In this document: piece after piece, positions 9,062-19,807 of the stretch | Layout: every line of letters starts with the position of its first letter | Position numbering within the stretch: the first letter of the stretch is position 1 | NCBI GenBank assembly: GCA_902624095.1 | Contig: CACNWB010000005.1 | Location: forward strand, 7,886 to 71,885 | Direction of reading: 5' to 3' | From: an uncultured PS1 clade bacterium | GTDB taxonomy: Bacteria > Pseudomonadota > Alphaproteobacteria > RS24 | Length of the DNA: 64,000 bases | Program-made: the position numbers and the translations under genes | Notes under the pieces: model-generated | Seen by the model: the letters and a program-made list of their open reading frames with translations, nothing else | Database searches by the model: none | Told to the model about the DNA's origin: nothing

Positions 9062-9328
9062 TCAAGTACTAGGTCGACTTAGCGAATATCCCGCCCCGCG
9101 CACGGTTCGAATAATGTCTGGCCTGTTCTCGGCACTGTCAGCGCGCCGATTAAGCGCGCGGCGCAAGCGGCTCATATGCACATCGAGCGGCCGGTGTGCG
9201 ATATGCGCGCCCAGCAACTCAAACGCTTTGGCATTTGAACGCTCTACAACTCCCGTCCGGTCAACGATGATGATGGCTTCGTTGAAAATCTTGGACAGGC
9301 TTTCAAATCGGTCTGTCTGCTGCACCAT
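9062..9328 (-). pseudogene. 88-aa chimera: PAS-domain start fused to the last ~45 aa of an OmpR/PhoB-type winged-helix domain (probable gene remnant)
   Basis: FESLSKIFNEAIIIVDRTGVVERSNAKAFELLG looks like the first strands of a sensor PAS domain. PLDVHMSRLRRAL...IIRTVRGAGYSL is the OmpR-family recognition helix and wing. Neither a receiver domain nor a kinase core is present. Confidence 0.5.
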
Positions 9329-9341
9329 TCAACCTTTTAAA

Positions 9342-9416
<75 letters not shown>

Positions 9417-9553
9417 ATGCCGCGATTTTATGGCAAGTATTGTGTCGGAAATCAAGCACGCAGCCGAAGACGGGCGGCGGCGACAGCTTGACCCCCAGTC
9501 TGTCAATCCGTAGTGTGTTTCTGTTTTGTTCTTAATTTATTGCGTTTGAAAGC

Positions 9554-9847
9554 TTGTGTTGCGTGTTGGATGATGATCGGGAAAATGACGAAGATAATGT
9601 AGCGCCGGAACCTGCGCGCCTGTCATGGCTGGCCGTGCGCAGGCTTGATTTATGGGTCTGGTGTGAAAAATGCAGCCACCACCGAATTGTCGCAGTCGCG
9701 CCCCTGCTGGAACGCTTCGGCGATGCATCCTTGCAAGGGCTGAGCCGGCGCTTCAAATGCTCCAAATGCGGCGCGCGAGACATATTTTTGCGTCCGGACT
9801 GGCCGCGGCGCGGCGTCGTTGCGCGACACGACAAATTGGGCGACTGA
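9554..9847 (+). CDS. hypothetical small protein with CxxC...CxxC zinc-ribbon-like motif
   Basis: The motif WCEKCSHH ... FKCSKCGARD is present. The start codon is uncertain because several TTG/GTG candidates lie between 9554 and 9570. Confidence 0.45.
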   Translation: MCCVLDDDRENDEDNVAPEPARLSWLAVRRLDLWVWCEKCSHHRIVAVAPLLERFGDASLQGLSRRFKCSKCGARDIFLRPDWPRRGVVARHDKLGD

Positions 9848-9911
9848 ACAGGATGCGTACCGGCCCATGAAGAGGCTTGACCGTGTCCATGAAGGGCGGC
9901 AAACAGATAGA

Positions 9912-10055
9912 ATGAAGAATTCGTCAAACCCTCCAACCCGCGAGCAAACCCGCGAGGCGCGCCAAAAAAAGCTGGCCGAAGCATTGCGCGCCAATTTGCG
10001 CCGCCGCAAATCATCCGGCACCGCCAGAAAGCCCGGTGCACGGGGCAATCGCTGA
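9912..10055 (+). CDS. possible small basic protein (47 aa)
   Basis: [35 protein letters not shown]... starts at an ATG and stops 1 nt before the murA ATG. It is below the ORF-track cutoff as an independent Met-ORF and has no recognised family. Confidence 0.3.
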   Translation: MKNSSNPPTREQTREARQKKLAEALRANLRRRKSSGTARKPGARGNR

Positions 10056-10056
10056 T

Positions 10057-11340
10057 ATGGATCGCATTCTCATTGAGGGCGGCACGCCACTACACGGCAC
10101 ATTGGCAATTTCCGGATCCAAAAATGCGGTTTTGCCGCTCATGGTAGCTGGCCTTTTGACCGACCAGCCGGTTACCTTGCGCGGCACGCCTCGCCTTGCC
10201 GACACGCGCACGCTGGCCAATGTATTACGCGAGTTGGGGGCGGAAGCTGAAGAATTTGGCAGCGGCCCCGGCGAAGGAGTACGCGTGCACGCCCATGATC
10301 TGAGCAGTGTTCGCGCGCCTTATGAGTTGGTGGCAAAAATGCGCGCCAGTTTCTGGGTGTTGGGTCCATTGCTGGCGCGCGCGCGAAAAGCCGAGGTTTC
10401 GCTGCCCGGCGGCTGCGCCATTGGCACTCGGCCCGTGGATCTGTACCTGTCGGGACTTGCTAAAATGGGCGCTGATATTGCCGTGGAGGGCGGCTATGTC
10501 ATCGCCGCGGCGCGCGGCGGCCTGAAGGGTGCGCGCATTGACCTGCCTTTTGTTTCGGTGGGCGCCACCCATGTCCTGATGATGGCGGCAACACTGGCCG
10601 AAGGCAGAACCACTATCACCAATGCCGCGTCCGAGCCAGAGATTGTCGATGTTGGGCGCTGTTTGCAACAAATGGGCGCAAAGATTGACGGGCTGGGCAC
10701 GCGCACCGTGCACATTACCGGCGTCGGGCAATTGGGCGGGGCCGACCATACGGTGTCGCGCGACCGCATTGAGGCCGGCGCTTATGCGCTGGCGGTGGCC
10801 GCCAGCGGCGGGTCGGTCGACCTTACGGGCATTACGGGAGAAGAACTGGGCGCTTTATTGCCAGCCATGCGTCTGGCCGATGTGCAAGTGACGGAAAGCG
10901 ACACGGACACAAAACCGGCTTTGCGGGTTTCTGCCCCGGAAGGTCGACCAAATGCCACGCCTGTCACCACCGAACCTTATCCCGGCTTTGCCACCGACCT
11001 ACAGGCCCCTTTTATGGGGCTTATGTGCCGCGCCAATGGCGTCAGCCGCATTCGCGAAACGATTTTTGAAAATCGCTTCATGCACGTGCAGGAACTGGTG
11101 CGGCTGGGTGCCGATATTTCGCTGGAAGGCGACACGGCCATTGTTACAGGGGTTGATCGGCTTTACGGCGCGCCCGTCATGGCGACCGATTTGCGCGCTT
11201 CCGTCACGCTGGTGATTGCCGGACTTGCCGCACGCGGCACGACAACCATCAACCGCGTTTATCACCTTGATCGCGGCTATGAACGCATCGAGGAAAAACT
11301 CTCAGCCTGCGGTGCAAAAATCTGGCGGGAAGAAGCATGA
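10057..11340 (+). CDS. murA: UDP-N-acetylglucosamine 1-carboxyvinyltransferase
   Basis: [29 protein letters not shown] matches MurA. The active-site loop [10 protein letters not shown] is present and the C-terminal [13 protein letters not shown] is conserved. I chose ATG 10057. Confidence 0.95.
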   Translation: MDRILIEGGTPLHGTLAISGSKNAVLPLMVAGLLTDQPVTLRGTPRLADTRTLANVLRELGAEAEEFGSGPGEGVRVHAHDLSSVRAPYELVAKMRASFWVLGPLLARARKAEVSLPGGCAIGTRPVDLYLSGLAKMGADIAVEGGYVIAAARGGLKGARIDLPFVSVGATHVLMMAATLAEGRTTITNAASEPEIVDVGRCLQQMGAKIDGLGTRTVHITGVGQLGGADHTVSRDRIEAGAYALAVAASGGSVDLTGITGEELGALLPAMRLADVQVTESDTDTKPALRVSAPEGRPNATPVTTEPYPGFATDLQAPFMGLMCRANGVSRIRETIFENRFMHVQELVRLGADISLEGDTAIVTGVDRLYGAPVMATDLRASVTLVIAGLAARGTTTINRVYHLDRGYERIEEKLSACGAKIWREEA

Positions 11341-11771
11341 CGCACAGACCGCTCAAACTCTTCGCCAGAGCCGCCGAGGATATGGATATCATATCAGCCC
11401 ATACGCAAGATGCGGTTTTGCAAACCGGTGATATGGCCTTTCTGGACGACCAGCGCCGCGTGGTGCTCGTGATGAACCGTTTTTGCTGGGAATTGCCGGA
11501 AAGCAAATCTTTACGCGTACGAAGTGCACTACAAATTGGCAGCATTGTGAGCGCCCAACGCCGCAATATTCGCACCGACCAGCCCAATGGCGTATTGTCG
11601 CTTCTGGCGTTACGCTTTGAAGCGGAAGACGCGCCGGCGGGCACGGTTTCGATTATTTTTTCCGGTGGCGGCGAAATACGCTTGGCGGTAGAAACTTGCG
11701 AAGCCATATTGGAAGATATAACCGAGCCATGGGCCGCAACTCGGCGGCCGGCTCATGATGCAAACGCATAG
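11337..11771 (+). CDS. DUF2948 family protein
   Basis: [30 protein letters not shown]...NRFCWE is the conserved alphaproteobacterial murA-hisD spacer gene. It has an ATGA overlap with the murA stop. Confidence 0.8.
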   Translation: MTHRPLKLFARAAEDMDIISAHTQDAVLQTGDMAFLDDQRRVVLVMNRFCWELPESKSLRVRSALQIGSIVSAQRRNIRTDQPNGVLSLLALRFEAEDAPAGTVSIIFSGGGEIRLAVETCEAILEDITEPWAATRRPAHDANA

Positions 11772-11784
11772 CAGGAGCCGTTAG

Positions 11785-13113
11785 ATGACGTGCAAGATGA
11801 TCCTGAATTCTGCGGATACGGATTTCTCCGACCGTTTCGTTGCCCTGCAATCAATGAAGCGGGAGCAGGACGCCGATGTGCATGCCGATGTGAGTGCAAT
11901 TATTGATGCCGTGCGCACCGACGGCGACGACGCACTTGTCGCCTACACAAAAAAATTTGACCGGCTTGACCTCAAGCAAACCGACATGCGCGTGAGCGCG
12001 GCAGAAATCGACGCGGCCGAAGCAGCTTGCGCGACCGAAACGCGCGCGGCGCTCGAAAATGCCGCTGCCCGCATTGCCGATTATCACACGCGGCAAAAGC
12101 CGGAAGACAGCCGCTTCACGGATGCGGTCGGGGTTGAGCTGGGCCATCGCTGGACGCCGGTCGATGCGGCGGGCCTTTATGTTCCAGGCGGGTTGGCAAA
12201 TTATCCTTCTTCCGTACTGATGAACGCCATTCCTGCGCGCGTGGCCGGTGTTACTCGGGTGGCCATGGTGGTGCCCGCCCCTGGGGGAGCAATAAACCCC
12301 CTGGTTCTGGCGGCAGCAAAATATGCGGGCGTCAATGAAATATTCCGAATTGGCGGAGCGCAGGCGATTGCGGCACTGGCCTATGGCACAGCAACGGTCG
12401 CACCCGTAGATGTAATTGTCGGACCGGGCAATGCCTATGTCGCAGCGGCCAAAAAGCAGGTATTCGGACAGGTCGGCATCGACATGATGGCCGGGCCATC
12501 CGAGATTTTGGTGGTAGCCGACGCCGATAATGATCCGGCTTGGATTGCAGCCGATTTAATGTCGCAGGCAGAGCATGATGATGTCGCCCAATCCGTATTA
12601 ATTTGCGACAATGCCGAATTTGCCGATGCGGTGATCGCGGCAGTCGATATGCTCTTGAACGACTTGCCGCGTGCTGATATTGCGCGCCGCAGTTGGGAAA
12701 ATTTCGGCGCGGTTGTTATTGTTGAAAATGTAATGACGCATGCCGCCGATCTGGTAAATGCGCTGGCACCCGAACATCTTGAACTGGCCGTCGAAGATCC
12801 TGAGGCCTTGGCGCGCGATATCAGACATGCAGGCGCCATTTTTCTGGGTCGCTATACGCCCGAAGCGGTAGGCGATTACATTGCCGGGCCCAATCACGTG
12901 CTGCCGACCGCGCGCGCGTCCCGCTATGCGTCGGGATTGTCGGTACTGGATTTCATGAAACGCAGTTCGCTGGTGCGTTGTGACGCCGCTTCGCTAGCCG
13001 AAATTGGTCCTAATGCCATGCGTCTGGCCGATGCAGAGGGATTGCACGCGCATGGCCGCTCCATTTCCATCCGGCTAAACCAACGCCCTGCCAATTCAGG
13101 CAAAAATGGCTGA
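11785..13113 (+). CDS. hisD: histidinol dehydrogenase
   Basis: The motifs YVPGGLANYPSSVLMNAIPARVAGV, GPGNAYVAAAKK, SQAEHD and GPNHVLPT are all present. Confidence 0.95.
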   Translation: MTCKMILNSADTDFSDRFVALQSMKREQDADVHADVSAIIDAVRTDGDDALVAYTKKFDRLDLKQTDMRVSAAEIDAAEAACATETRAALENAAARIADYHTRQKPEDSRFTDAVGVELGHRWTPVDAAGLYVPGGLANYPSSVLMNAIPARVAGVTRVAMVVPAPGGAINPLVLAAAKYAGVNEIFRIGGAQAIAALAYGTATVAPVDVIVGPGNAYVAAAKKQVFGQVGIDMMAGPSEILVVADADNDPAWIAADLMSQAEHDDVAQSVLICDNAEFADAVIAAVDMLLNDLPRADIARRSWENFGAVVIVENVMTHAADLVNALAPEHLELAVEDPEALARDIRHAGAIFLGRYTPEAVGDYIAGPNHVLPTARASRYASGLSVLDFMKRSSLVRCDAASLAEIGPNAMRLADAEGLHAHGRSISIRLNQRPANSGKNG

Positions 13114-13621
13114 CGCGCCCGACAAGCGCGATGCAACCTCCGGCAAATCCGGAGCGGCGGAGCGTATCGTGCATATTTCGCTTGATGATCCGGCGCTGGT
13201 TGCGCGCAATCCAGATATCGAGCATGAGCGTCGTGTTGCCATTTTTGACCTTATTGAAGGCAATCATTTCCGTCTCATTAGCGGAAAAACCGGCCCCTTC
13301 AGGGTGCGGCTGTCTCTCAGCGAACGCGGCATTCAGTTTGACATCTCTGATACTGACAACGCCCCGCTGGAGACTATTGATATTTCCATGGCGCCGTTTC
13401 GCCGCCATATTCGGGATTATTTCATGGTCTGCGAGAGCTATTACGACGCCATTCGCAGCGCAACGCCCGATAAAATTGAGACAATTGATCAGGCGCGGCG
13501 GGTTTTGCATAATGAAGGTGCCGAGACGTTGCGTACACGACTTGCCGGCCAGGCCGATATTGACGACGATACGGCGCGGCGTCTATTCACGCTGATCAGC
13601 GTGTTGCAAATGCGCGGATAG
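13106..13621 (+). CDS. UPF0262 family protein
   Basis: ERRVAIFDLIEGNHFRL is the UPF0262 signature. It overlaps the hisD stop. This is conserved alphaproteobacterial synteny. Confidence 0.8.
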   Translation: MADAPDKRDATSGKSGAAERIVHISLDDPALVARNPDIEHERRVAIFDLIEGNHFRLISGKTGPFRVRLSLSERGIQFDISDTDNAPLETIDISMAPFRRHIRDYFMVCESYYDAIRSATPDKIETIDQARRVLHNEGAETLRTRLAGQADIDDDTARRLFTLISVLQMRG

Positions 13622-13687
13622 GTCGAAAAGACTTGATTTTTCTGCATATTCTGACCATTCTCCGGCATCAAGAAATAAGTGAGACGA

Positions 13688-13906
13688 ATGGCAAAAGAAG
13701 AATTACTGGAATTTAACGCAACCGTTGTCGAATTGTTGCCGAATGCAACTTTTCGGGTAAAACTCGAAAACGACCACGAAGTGATTGCCCATACTGCGGG
13801 CAAAATGCGAAAAAACCGCATTCGAGTGCTGGCGGGCGATAAAGTTCTGGTAGAAATGACACCTTATGATCTCACAAAAGGACGGATTACCTATCGATAC
13901 AAATAA
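13688..13906 (+). CDS. infA: translation initiation factor IF-1
   Basis: [72 protein letters not shown] is a near-canonical 72-aa IF-1. Confidence 0.95.
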   Translation: MAKEELLEFNATVVELLPNATFRVKLENDHEVIAHTAGKMRKNRIRVLAGDKVLVEMTPYDLTKGRITYRYK

Positions 13907-14510
13907 GCCGCTATGCCTTGCAAGCGCCTCGTCGCGCCGTCAGGCATTGTTGGCGCAGGTCGGCATTGTGCCCGACACGATTGTTCCAGCCGATATTGAC
14001 GAAACCCCGAAGCACAGAGAATTGCCCCCACAACTCGCCGCGCGGCTTGCTTTTGAGAAAGCTCTTTATGTTTCTCAAAACACTGCCAATAAGGCGAATA
14101 TGCTAGTTCTGGCCGCCGATACGGTTGTCAGTATCGGGCGGCGCATTTTGCCAAAAACCGAAACGCGCGATGCCGCACATGAGTGCCTCACAGCTTTGTC
14201 CGGCCGCGGGCACCGTGTCAGCACCGGCGTGTGTCTGTTTGCCGAAGGTGCTTGTGTCGCAAGGCGTCTGGTCACAAGCCGCGTGCGGATGAAAACGCTT
14301 GATGCCCAAGATATTGAAACCTATCTGGCATCCGGCGAATGGCGGGGCAAGGCCGGCGGCTATGCCATTCAGGGCAAGGCCGCGCGTTTTGTAACCCGCA
14401 TTGTTGGGTCGTATTCAGCGATTGTAGGCTTGCCAGTTTTTGAAACTGTCGCCATGTTGTCGGGGGTGGGTTTTACGGTCACGGAAGTTGGAGAAGATAA
14501 TGGGCCATGA
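13866..14510 (+). CDS. maf: Maf family nucleotide pyrophosphatase
   Basis: [19 protein letters not shown] and [10 protein letters not shown] are Maf motifs. The only in-frame ATG (13866) overlaps infA by 41 nt, so the true start is uncertain. Confidence 0.85.
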   Translation: MISQKDGLPIDTNKPLCLASASSRRQALLAQVGIVPDTIVPADIDETPKHRELPPQLAARLAFEKALYVSQNTANKANMLVLAADTVVSIGRRILPKTETRDAAHECLTALSGRGHRVSTGVCLFAEGACVARRLVTSRVRMKTLDAQDIETYLASGEWRGKAGGYAIQGKAARFVTRIVGSYSAIVGLPVFETVAMLSGVGFTVTEVGEDNGP

Positions 14511-15750
14511 GGTTTTGATCAGCGTGCGCGACGCCACCGCACGGATTGCTCAAATTGAAGACGGCAGGCTTGTCGGATTTCAGGCTGCCCCGATGGGGCA
14601 AACACAAGCCGACGCCGCCGACCGACTGAACGGCCGCATCTATCTTGCCCAGGTTGAACGCGTGGTGCCGCATTTGCAGGCGGCTTTTGTTAATATCGGC
14701 CTCGATCGGGCCGGATTTCTGGGCGCGCGCGAGGCACGCGCTTTGGTGCCGAGCGCCGACCGCGAGACCCCAATTGAAGATTGTGTGCAAAGCGGCGACA
14801 CATTGCTTGTGCAGGTCACACGCCCGCCAGTGGGCGACAAGGGCGCGCAAATAACCGCGGATGTGACCCTACCGGGTCGCGCCGTGGTTATCGCGCCGTG
14901 CCGCAACCGCATTGCCGTATCGCGCAGTATAGAAGATGAAGGCGAGCGTACGCGTCTGGGCGAGCTTGCCGGCCAAATTGTCGCCGGTAAAAACGCCGAC
15001 CCCATTGAGGTTGAAGGTATGGATGGGCCGGCAGGCTGGGTAATCCGCACCGCCGCAGTGGGCATGCAGGCCGACGAACTCGCCGCGGATATGACGAGCG
15101 TCGCCGCGCAATGGGAAGCACTTATTGATCAAGCCGAGGAAGCCCGGCCACCAAGCCTTTTGCACGAAGATTTGGGCCCAGTTGAACGCGCCATACGCGA
15201 CCTTGTACGCAGTAGCACTGAAATTATTTGCATTGAAGGAGAAGCTGCGTTTCGTGCCGCACAAGCCTATTGCCGCCAGCATTCGCCCGACCTTGTTGAC
15301 CGCATTAAAAAATCCGACGATGACGAATATTTGTTCGACCGGCACAATATTGACGAATACATTGAAGAAGCCCAATCCGCGCGTGTTGAATTGCCCTCAG
15401 GCGGCTGGGTGATGTTTGAAACCACGCAAGCCATGACAACGATTGATGTAAATTCGGGCAATCACGACGCACCGGCGCGCGCCGTTAATTTGGAAGCCGC
15501 CCAAATCATTGCACGGCAAATCAGGTTGCGTGGCCTTGGCGGGCTGATAGCAATTGACTTTATCGATATGACCGAAAGTACCGATAGCGAAACGGTTTTG
15601 CAGGCCCTCGATGAGGGGTTTACCGGCGACAAACAGCCGGTGCGTATAGGCCCGATGTCGGAGTTTAGCGTGGTAGAAATGACGCGGCGACGCGGCGGCA
15701 TGACGCTTGCCCAGAGCTTGCAACAAATCCGCCCCGCAGTGGATGAATAA
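14500..15750 (+). CDS. rng: Rne/Rng family ribonuclease (RNase G-like, 416 aa)
   Basis: It has an S1-like N terminus (IYLAQVERVVPHLQAAFVNIGLDRAGFL) and a catalytic core TTIDVNSG ... GLGGLIAIDFIDM. The ATG at 14500 overlaps the maf stop. Confidence 0.8.
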   Translation: MGHEVLISVRDATARIAQIEDGRLVGFQAAPMGQTQADAADRLNGRIYLAQVERVVPHLQAAFVNIGLDRAGFLGAREARALVPSADRETPIEDCVQSGDTLLVQVTRPPVGDKGAQITADVTLPGRAVVIAPCRNRIAVSRSIEDEGERTRLGELAGQIVAGKNADPIEVEGMDGPAGWVIRTAAVGMQADELAADMTSVAAQWEALIDQAEEARPPSLLHEDLGPVERAIRDLVRSSTEIICIEGEAAFRAAQAYCRQHSPDLVDRIKKSDDDEYLFDRHNIDEYIEEAQSARVELPSGGWVMFETTQAMTTIDVNSGNHDAPARAVNLEAAQIIARQIRLRGLGGLIAIDFIDMTESTDSETVLQALDEGFTGDKQPVRIGPMSEFSVVEMTRRRGGMTLAQSLQQIRPAVDE

Positions 15751-15967
15751 ACGTACGAGCGCCATTATGGGAAAATGCCCGATCTGCAAAGATGAACCGC
15801 CGCAAGAGACGCATAAACCCTTTTGCTCCAAGCGCTGTGCCGATATTGACCTGCACCGCTGGCTGGGCGGCACCTATGCCATCCCCGCAGTTGAACCGCC
15901 GGATGATTTTGACGCCGAGATGGAAGCAGCTTTGCGCGAGATTGACACGCCGGACGAAATTCACTGA
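15743..15967 (+). CDS. yacG: DNA gyrase inhibitor YacG (zinc finger)
   Basis: CPICKDEPPQETHKPFCSKRCADIDLHRWLGGTYAIP is the YacG Zn-finger. The start is either 15743 (overlapping the rng stop) or 15767. Confidence 0.85.
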   Translation: MNKRTSAIMGKCPICKDEPPQETHKPFCSKRCADIDLHRWLGGTYAIPAVEPPDDFDAEMEAALREIDTPDEIH

Positions 15968-16004
15968 CGGCATTCAACAAGGATATAAAAGGGGGGAGGA
16001 ATCC

Positions 16005-16745
16005 ATGCGTCTTGAAAACAAAGTGGCGATTGTAACCGGCGCGGCATCGGGCATTGGCGCGGCCACGGCACAGCTTTTTGCCGTCGAAGGCGCGCGCGTC
16101 CTGGCCGTTGACCTGGGTGAAACGGGCCTGCACAACAATCATGGCGAGACAGCCAATATTAATTGCTTGGCAATGGATATTTCCGACGCGGATGCTCCAG
16201 ATAAAATTATCGGCGAAGCAGTTGACCGATTTGGTCAGCTGGACATTATGATGAATAATGCAGGCATCGGTTCCAATGCACTGGGCGAAGACATGGCTTT
16301 GGAGGTTTGGCAGAAGACGCTGGACGTCAACCTCACCGCCTCATTTCGGTTGTGTCAGGCAGCCATTCCGCATCTTAAAAACGCCCCCGCCGGGCGCATT
16401 ATCAATGTGGCCTCGGTGATGGCGCAACATACTGATTATGGTCTGACCGCCTATTGCGCCTCCAAAGCCGGCGTAACGGGCTTTACACGTACTCTGGCGC
16501 TAGAACTGGGCAAGTATGGCATCACCGCAAATTGCATTTTACCCGGTGCCATTCACACCGGCATGACAGCGGCCTCTTTCGCGCATGATGAAATTGCCGA
16601 TACATGGGCGAAAAAATCACCCCTGCGCCGATTAGGGCAACCTATCGATATCGCGCGGGGTGCGCTGTTTCTGGCAAGCGATGACAGCGGCTTTGTGACG
16701 GGCCATGATTTGAATGTCGATGGCGGCATGCTCTTGCGCACCTAG
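16005..16745 (+). CDS. SDR family oxidoreductase (FabG-like)
   Basis: The RBS GGGGGGAGGA precedes ATG 16005. It has TGAASGIGAA (TGxxxGxG), NNAG and the YCASKAG (YxxxK) catalytic motif. Confidence 0.85.
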   Translation: MRLENKVAIVTGAASGIGAATAQLFAVEGARVLAVDLGETGLHNNHGETANINCLAMDISDADAPDKIIGEAVDRFGQLDIMMNNAGIGSNALGEDMALEVWQKTLDVNLTASFRLCQAAIPHLKNAPAGRIINVASVMAQHTDYGLTAYCASKAGVTGFTRTLALELGKYGITANCILPGAIHTGMTAASFAHDEIADTWAKKSPLRRLGQPIDIARGALFLASDDSGFVTGHDLNVDGGMLLRT

Positions 16746-16861
16746 ATCGCGCGAGAACCCAAGCAACTTGACAAGCAAAATAAGTTTGCCGACGCTGGAT
16801 AACTATTTGTCCGGCACTGAGCGGCATTGCGCCGGCGCATACCGGACGTCAGGAGGAACAG

Positions 16862-18091
16862 ATGAGCGAAACATCCCGAATGATGCCGCGCACCGCCCAT
16901 TTTAACGGGTGGCGCGACCCGAAAAACATACGCTGGCACTTGCGCAACCTCTCCACCCTACCCTCGCTTATGGTGCCGCGCGGTGGCCCCGTCTATGATT
17001 TGTCGATCGGTACATCGCGCGATATCGAAAAATTCAGCTATGAGTGGCAGGGAAAAGCGCTGACGCTCGACACAGCGATGGCGCAAGACTGCATTGACGG
17101 ATATCTTGTCGTGCATGACGGCAAATTGGTTTTTGAGCGCTATTTTGACAGCTTTCGCGACAGCGACCACCACATCTGGTTTTCCATGACCAAATCGCTG
17201 ATCTCGACCGCGTTCGGGATCGCACAAAGTCGCTTCGACATCGATGAAAACAAACCACCGGCCCATTATCTGCCGGAACTTGGCGACAGCGTGTTCGGGA
17301 AAGTATCCATCCGCAATGTACTCAATATGGTGACAGCGCTCGACTATACGGAAGAATATGACGAGATGACGCCTGGTAGCGTGCATCTGGAATATTTCCG
17401 ACGATTGGGTTTTATGGCGGATTTTTCGCTTTATTCAATCGACCCCGCCGTATCCGATGAGCCGCGCGGTGTGCGCGATATGCTGCCACAATTCCGCCAG
17501 GCAGATGGCGGCGTTACCGGTGCCATGTTTCAGTATCAATCGCCAAATGTGGATGTGATCGGCTGGTTGGTCGAGCGCATTACCGGCGCACCGCTTGTCG
17601 ACTTTATCCGGCAGAATATCTGGGCACCGCTGGGGGCTGAACATGACGGTGTGTTTACAACAGATGTGTCTTTCGCACCCATCGCAACAGGCGGCTTCAA
17701 CTCCACTTTACGCGACGCAGCACGTTTCGGCCTCATGGCGCTCAATGACGGTTACCTCGGACAAACACAAATCGCACCGGAAAGCTGGATAAAGGACACC
17801 TATGATGTGAGTGACGAAGACCGCGCCGCCGGAGCCGCCAGCGTCAATGCCGATGCCACACATGAACGATTCATTGACGGCTTCACCGGCTATCGCAGTT
17901 TCTGGTGGCAATTTGATGCCGCCCAAGGCGAGCGCGTTGCCATGGGCGTGCATGGGCAGGTGATATATGTAAACCGCGCGAAAAATTTGGTCATTGCAAA
18001 TTTCGCCAGTCCCGAAGTGACAGCCAATCAATTACGACCGACATTCAAACAAATGTTGGCCGGCACCCGCGCGCTTGCCGCCAGTTTTTAA
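16862..18091 (+). CDS. serine hydrolase (class C beta-lactamase / 6-aminohexanoate-dimer hydrolase-like fold)
   Basis: It has the SxxK motif FSMTKSLISTAFG. The RBS AGGAGGA lies upstream of the ATG. Confidence 0.8.
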   Translation: MSETSRMMPRTAHFNGWRDPKNIRWHLRNLSTLPSLMVPRGGPVYDLSIGTSRDIEKFSYEWQGKALTLDTAMAQDCIDGYLVVHDGKLVFERYFDSFRDSDHHIWFSMTKSLISTAFGIAQSRFDIDENKPPAHYLPELGDSVFGKVSIRNVLNMVTALDYTEEYDEMTPGSVHLEYFRRLGFMADFSLYSIDPAVSDEPRGVRDMLPQFRQADGGVTGAMFQYQSPNVDVIGWLVERITGAPLVDFIRQNIWAPLGAEHDGVFTTDVSFAPIATGGFNSTLRDAARFGLMALNDGYLGQTQIAPESWIKDTYDVSDEDRAAGAASVNADATHERFIDGFTGYRSFWWQFDAAQGERVAMGVHGQVIYVNRAKNLVIANFASPEVTANQLRPTFKQMLAGTRALAASF

Positions 18092-18217
18092 AACCTCTCG
18101 ACAGCGTTTATTTCTTTGCCTTTCGCGCTGCCTTTTGGAACAATATCTGTGAGGTTAAAGAAAACAAACTAGGCCGTAGGTGTTATCTTTAATTCATGCG
18201 GTATTGGGGGCTAAGCG

Positions 18218-19777
18218 ATGACCAATCTCACACAATTTTTGAACGCGGCAGCGGATACGCGCCCGAATGCCGGTGCCACGATTATGGGCACCCGCAAGCG
18301 CAACTGGCACGAACATCGCGAGCGCGTGGCAAAGCTGGCCGACAGCTTGCGCAAGCTGGGTGCCTCAGCAAGAGACCGCGTAGCTATTCTAGCACTCAAT
18401 TCTGACCGCTATACCGAATATTTTCATGCCGTCTGGTGGGCGGGTGCCGCCGTGGTGCCGATGAATATTCGTTGGACGTCCGTCGAAAACGCCTATTCGC
18501 TAAACGATTCCGAGGCTGAAATTTTGTTCGTGGATAAAGCCTTTGCGCCTGTGGTCGACGAAATACGGCCCGAATGCCCAAGGCTGAAAACGGTCATTTA
18601 TCTTGACGATGACGAGGCGCCGGAAGGCATGCTGGCTTATGAAGACCTCGTGGATCAGGGCAGTTTATGTGACGACGCCATGTGCTTTGGCGAAGACCTC
18701 GCGGGGCTCTACTATACGGGCGGAACGACAGGATTTCCCAAAGGCGTAATGCTGCCGCACCGAGCGCTCTGGTACAATAATCTGGTGATGTCAAAAATGA
18801 GCGAAGCGGGGCCCGAAAGCCTCTATCTGCACACCGGGCCCATGTTTCATTTAGCCGATGGCTGCGCCAGCGGCGGGCTAACAGCGGTCGGGGCGACCCA
18901 TGCCTATATTCCCATGTTTGATATTGACGGCGTGCTGGACACCATCGAAACCCACGGGGTTACACACACCCTGATGGTGCCGACTATGATCGGCATGTTG
19001 CTTGACTCGGACAAATTTGATCCAGCACGTCTGGCGTCATTGAAATATCTGACCTATGGCGCCTCGCCCATGCCGGAAGGCCTCCTGATCGACCTGATCG
19101 AGCGTCTGCCGAATTTGAATATCATCCAAGGTTACGGCCAGACCGAGCTGGCTCCGATTGTGACGACCCTACAGCCGGAGTATCATGTGCTGGGAGGCAA
19201 TAATTCCAAATTGCGCTCGGCTGGACGACCGGTACCAGGCACGGAGGTTAAAATCGTCGATGAAGACGGCAATAAAGTTAAAAGAGGCGAAGTCGGCGAA
19301 ATTTGTGCGCGCAGCATGGGTGCCATGCAGGGTTACTGGAAGCTAAAAGACCAGACAGCATCCACGCTGGTCGATGGCTGGGTGCATACGGGCGATGGCG
19401 GTTATATGGATGATGACGGCTTCATCTTTATCGCTGACCGCATGAAAGACATGATTGTCACCGGCGGCGAGAACGTTTTTTCAGCAGAAGTCGAGAGCGC
19501 CATTTCCACCCATGACGCGGTTTCCGCAGTTGCGGTAATCGGCATTCCGGACGACAAGTGGGGTGAAGCGGTGCACGCGATTATCGTTCCGAAAGAAGGT
19601 ATGGCGCCGAACATGGATGAAATTATCGAGCATTGTCGTCCCCTGATTGCAAATTACAAACTGCCACGCTCAAGCGAGCTGCGCGCTGACCCATTGCCCC
19701 TTTCGGGCGCGGGCAAGGTGCTGAAACGCGATTTACGGGCACCCTTCTGGGAAGGCAAAGAGCGGCAGGTCAATTAA
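18218..19777 (+). CDS. acyl-CoA synthetase / AMP-dependent ligase (class I adenylate-forming)
   Basis: It has the AMP-binding motif YYTGGTTGFPKGV. The blocks GYGQTE, TGDGGYMDDDGFIFIADRMKDMI and GKVLKRDLR are also present. Confidence 0.85.
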   Translation: MTNLTQFLNAAADTRPNAGATIMGTRKRNWHEHRERVAKLADSLRKLGASARDRVAILALNSDRYTEYFHAVWWAGAAVVPMNIRWTSVENAYSLNDSEAEILFVDKAFAPVVDEIRPECPRLKTVIYLDDDEAPEGMLAYEDLVDQGSLCDDAMCFGEDLAGLYYTGGTTGFPKGVMLPHRALWYNNLVMSKMSEAGPESLYLHTGPMFHLADGCASGGLTAVGATHAYIPMFDIDGVLDTIETHGVTHTLMVPTMIGMLLDSDKFDPARLASLKYLTYGASPMPEGLLIDLIERLPNLNIIQGYGQTELAPIVTTLQPEYHVLGGNNSKLRSAGRPVPGTEVKIVDEDGNKVKRGEVGEICARSMGAMQGYWKLKDQTASTLVDGWVHTGDGGYMDDDGFIFIADRMKDMIVTGGENVFSAEVESAISTHDAVSAVAVIGIPDDKWGEAVHAIIVPKEGMAPNMDEIIEHCRPLIANYKLPRSSELRADPLPLSGAGKVLKRDLRAPFWEGKERQVN

Positions 19778-19807
19778 AATCGAATTTGTGGGCGTAGCTG
19801 GCAATAT

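Noticed and set aside
9532-10048. Minus-strand ORFs of 169 and 132 aa opposite the Zn-ribbon and small-protein region upstream of murA.
   Set aside because: The translations are Arg/Ala/Pro-rich and low in information, as is typical of antisense frames in GC-rich DNA. They show no motifs and overlap better-supported plus-strand genes. The same reasoning applies to the many antisense ORFs inside murA, hisD, rng and paaK.
13866-13906. The 41-nt overlap between infA and maf, considered as possible programmed coupling or frameshifting.
   Set aside because: The simplest explanation is start-site ambiguity for maf, because the only in-frame ATG is at 13866 and the conserved Maf core begins about 17 aa later. 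There is no slippery sequence or structure.
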